Source: a virus | Lineage: Duplodnaviria > Caudoviricetes | Length of the DNA: 59,424 bases | Strand: one strand, 5' to 3' | Virus record (IMG/VR): IMGVR_UViG_3300042879_001983 | Span: 1-59,424 of that record | Shown here: positions 57,786 to 59,424 of the stretch, in pieces | Layout of the letters: the number at the start of each line of letters is the position of its first letter | Position numbering within the stretch: position 1 is the first letter of the stretch | The notes under the pieces: generated by a model | What the model was told of the DNA's origin: nothing | What the model saw: the letters and a program-made list of their open reading frames with translations, nothing else | Database searches by the model: none | Program-made: the position numbers and the translations under genes

Positions 57786-58223
57786 TTATTCGGTTTCTAC
57801 TTTTTTCTTTGCACCAATATTATATTTTTGCTCCAAAATCCATTCACCCTTATCTTTATAAGGTAAAACTTTAATTTGATTCAGTGGAGCAATATCTCTA
57901 ATTTTATCTGGCGTTACAACAGTAATTAGTCCCCAATCTGCAAGAAGTTGCGTAATGCGATTTCTACGCTGAACATCGTTTACAGTGAGGTTTGCATGTT
58001 TCCCATCAAGAGCAAACAGTTCCTTAAAGTGAGTAATATAATATCTACCCTGTTTATGTAAAATATGGCAAGATTGGTAAAGTTTCTTTTCTTTCCGAGA
58101 AGCAACTCCAATACGAGTTAAAGTCTCACGAACTTTTAGAAAGTCATCAGGTTCATTGAGAATAACCTCAACCATCATATCAGGAGACCAATTTACTTGA
58201 GGTTCAATTGTTTGGTTAGTCAT
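57786..58223 (-). CDS. regA: Translational repressor RegA
   Basis: FLKVRETLTRIG, LYQSCHILHKQG. Confidence 0.97.
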   Translation of the reverse strand: MTNQTIEPQVNWSPDMMVEVILNEPDDFLKVRETLTRIGVASRKEKKLYQSCHILHKQGRYYITHFKELFALDGKHANLTVNDVQRRNRITQLLADWGLITVVTPDKIRDIAPLNQIKVLPYKDKGEWILEQKYNIGAKKKVETE

Positions 58224-58600
58224 TTCGTTCCGCCAGTTTCAAGTCGTTGTTTTATGTAATCGATTTGCGATTTATTTAAGATCCTCAAAGCTTGAGATGC
58301 TTTTTCATTACTATATCCATAGTATTGTTTTACGCATTCTAAATCTTTGATTTTATCTTTCCGCAACCAAGGAGAAAATCTTTTCCTCTTTCTCAGACTA
58401 TTTAGATAAAATGAATATTGCAGATCTTTATCTAGATGATGATTCATATTCATTTCATTTGCGAAAAGAATACAGTCAATATGTCCACTCAAACAACGAT
58501 TAATAATGTAAGATGGATAATCTTTGATTGTATTTGGATTTTCTTCAATCAAATTCTCTTTAGAGAAATTTATCGAATTAAGCCAATCCTTCAATTCCAT
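58220..58600 (-). CDS. g62: Clamp loader small subunit (T4 gp62)
   Basis: INRCLS, FANEMN, YYGYSNEKA; adjacent to regA. Confidence 0.92.
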   Translation of the reverse strand: MELKDWLNSINFSKENLIEENPNTIKDYPSYIINRCLSGHIDCILFANEMNMNHHLDKDLQYSFYLNSLRKRKRFSPWLRKDKIKDLECVKQYYGYSNEKASQALRILNKSQIDYIKQRLETGGTK

Positions 58601-59424
58601 AACAAATCTTTATTATAATTAAACAGTAAAAGTTCCTTTCTTTCTTTTTGCTCTCGCATATATTCACCAACCGAACGCATCGTATAAGTTAGATCAAACT
58701 CACCCATCTTCCAGTTCTTGAAGCGATCTTTAACCAGTTGATCTGAGTTGTAACTTATTAGTTGGTGCATATAACAAGCATCGCAATCAGCAGCAAACTT
58801 ATCGTGATCAAATCCTTTGTGCATTGATCCCTTACGCCCATAGAGATTATCCTTAATATCATAAGGAGGATCGAGATACACAAAAGCACCCATATTTCCA
58901 TCCAACAAATAGTCGTAGGAATAGTTAGTTATACGCCAATGCTCAATCAGTTTAGAATACGCAGGCAGTTTTTCGATCCCTCGCAGACTGAAGTTGTTTT
59001 GGGAAGCTTGTTGTGAAAATGATGAACTCTCCGTGAGACCACTGAAACTACACTTATTGACAATATAGAAAGCCACAGCACGATCAATGCTAGGCAAACT
59101 TTGGTCATTGATTTGCTCCTTTGCTTTAAGAAAGAGATCTTTTGCTAGTTCTGGAGTATTATTTGTAGTCTTAAGATCTACCAGTTTATCCTTAAGATCA
59201 ATTCCAAAAATCTGGAGTTGCTGCCAGAAGTTTACAAGAGGTTCATATAAATCATTTACCCAAATATCTAGGTTGGGATATTTTTTAGTGACATAAATCG
59301 CAACGCTTCCACCACCAAGAAATGGTTCGCGGAACTCATCGTAGTTACGAAGGTCTGGAAAGTAAGGGTCCATCTTAACGCAAGCACGGGACTTACCTCC
59401 CGGATACCTTAAGGCAGTTTTAAG
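58591..59424 (-). CDS. dam: DNA adenine methyltransferase, 5' end outside the window
   Basis: LRYPGGKS, EPFLGGGSV, YLDPPY. Confidence 0.93.
   Translation of the reverse strand, partial: LKTALRYPGGKSRACVKMDPYFPDLRNYDEFREPFLGGGSVAIYVTKKYPNLDIWVNDLYEPLVNFWQQLQIFGIDLKDKLVDLKTTNNTPELAKDLFLKAKEQINDQSLPSIDRAVAFYIVNKCSFSGLTESSSFSQQASQNNFSLRGIEKLPAYSKLIEHWRITNYSYDYLLDGNMGAFVYLDPPYDIKDNLYGRKGSMHKGFDHDKFAADCDACYMHQLISYNSDQLVKDRFKNWKMGEFDLTYTMRSVGEYMREQKERKELLLFNYNKDLLWN

Noticed and set aside
1-59424. CRISPR array, rRNA, IS element, integrase or reverse transcriptase
   Set aside because: No regularly spaced repeats or matching protein motifs seen
1-59424. Cyanobacterial chromosome origin
   Set aside because: T4 core genes, TATAAATA late promoters and dense overlaps indicate a phage

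Overview
A 59.4-kb segment of an AT-rich T4-like cyanomyovirus genome; a freshwater Synechococcus/Cyanobium-type host is an inference. Almost everything is on the minus strand. In window order: psbD, a free-standing EndoVII-type homing endonuclease and intronless psbA; a plus-strand island of secreted or membrane proteins, a HExxH peptidase and a thermonuclease; a lysis-like block (2-TM protein, GH24 lysozyme, C39-like peptidase); peroxiredoxin, two hli genes and a Som-type porin; a 15-kb, 18-gene glycosylation cluster containing nadE and preceded by a wcaG/manA-like RNA; a tRNA region (8 tRNAs) interleaved with structured spacers, PTOX, an unannotated ndhP, Dps, a Phd-like protein and an HNH gene; then the T4 core (nrdB, nrdA, gp61, a ninth tRNA, mazG, gp41, uvsX, gp43, hsp20, regA, gp62, dam). 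The best leads are HLR1/RpaB-like operators on photosynthesis genes, the PTOX-ndhP pair, small structured RNAs among the tRNAs (a K-turn and pseudoknots), a domain shared by two cell-wall hydrolases, nadE and a GDP-mannose epimerase in the glycan cluster, and synonymous recoding at a probable homing site in psbA. All calls are by eye from motifs; no database search was run.
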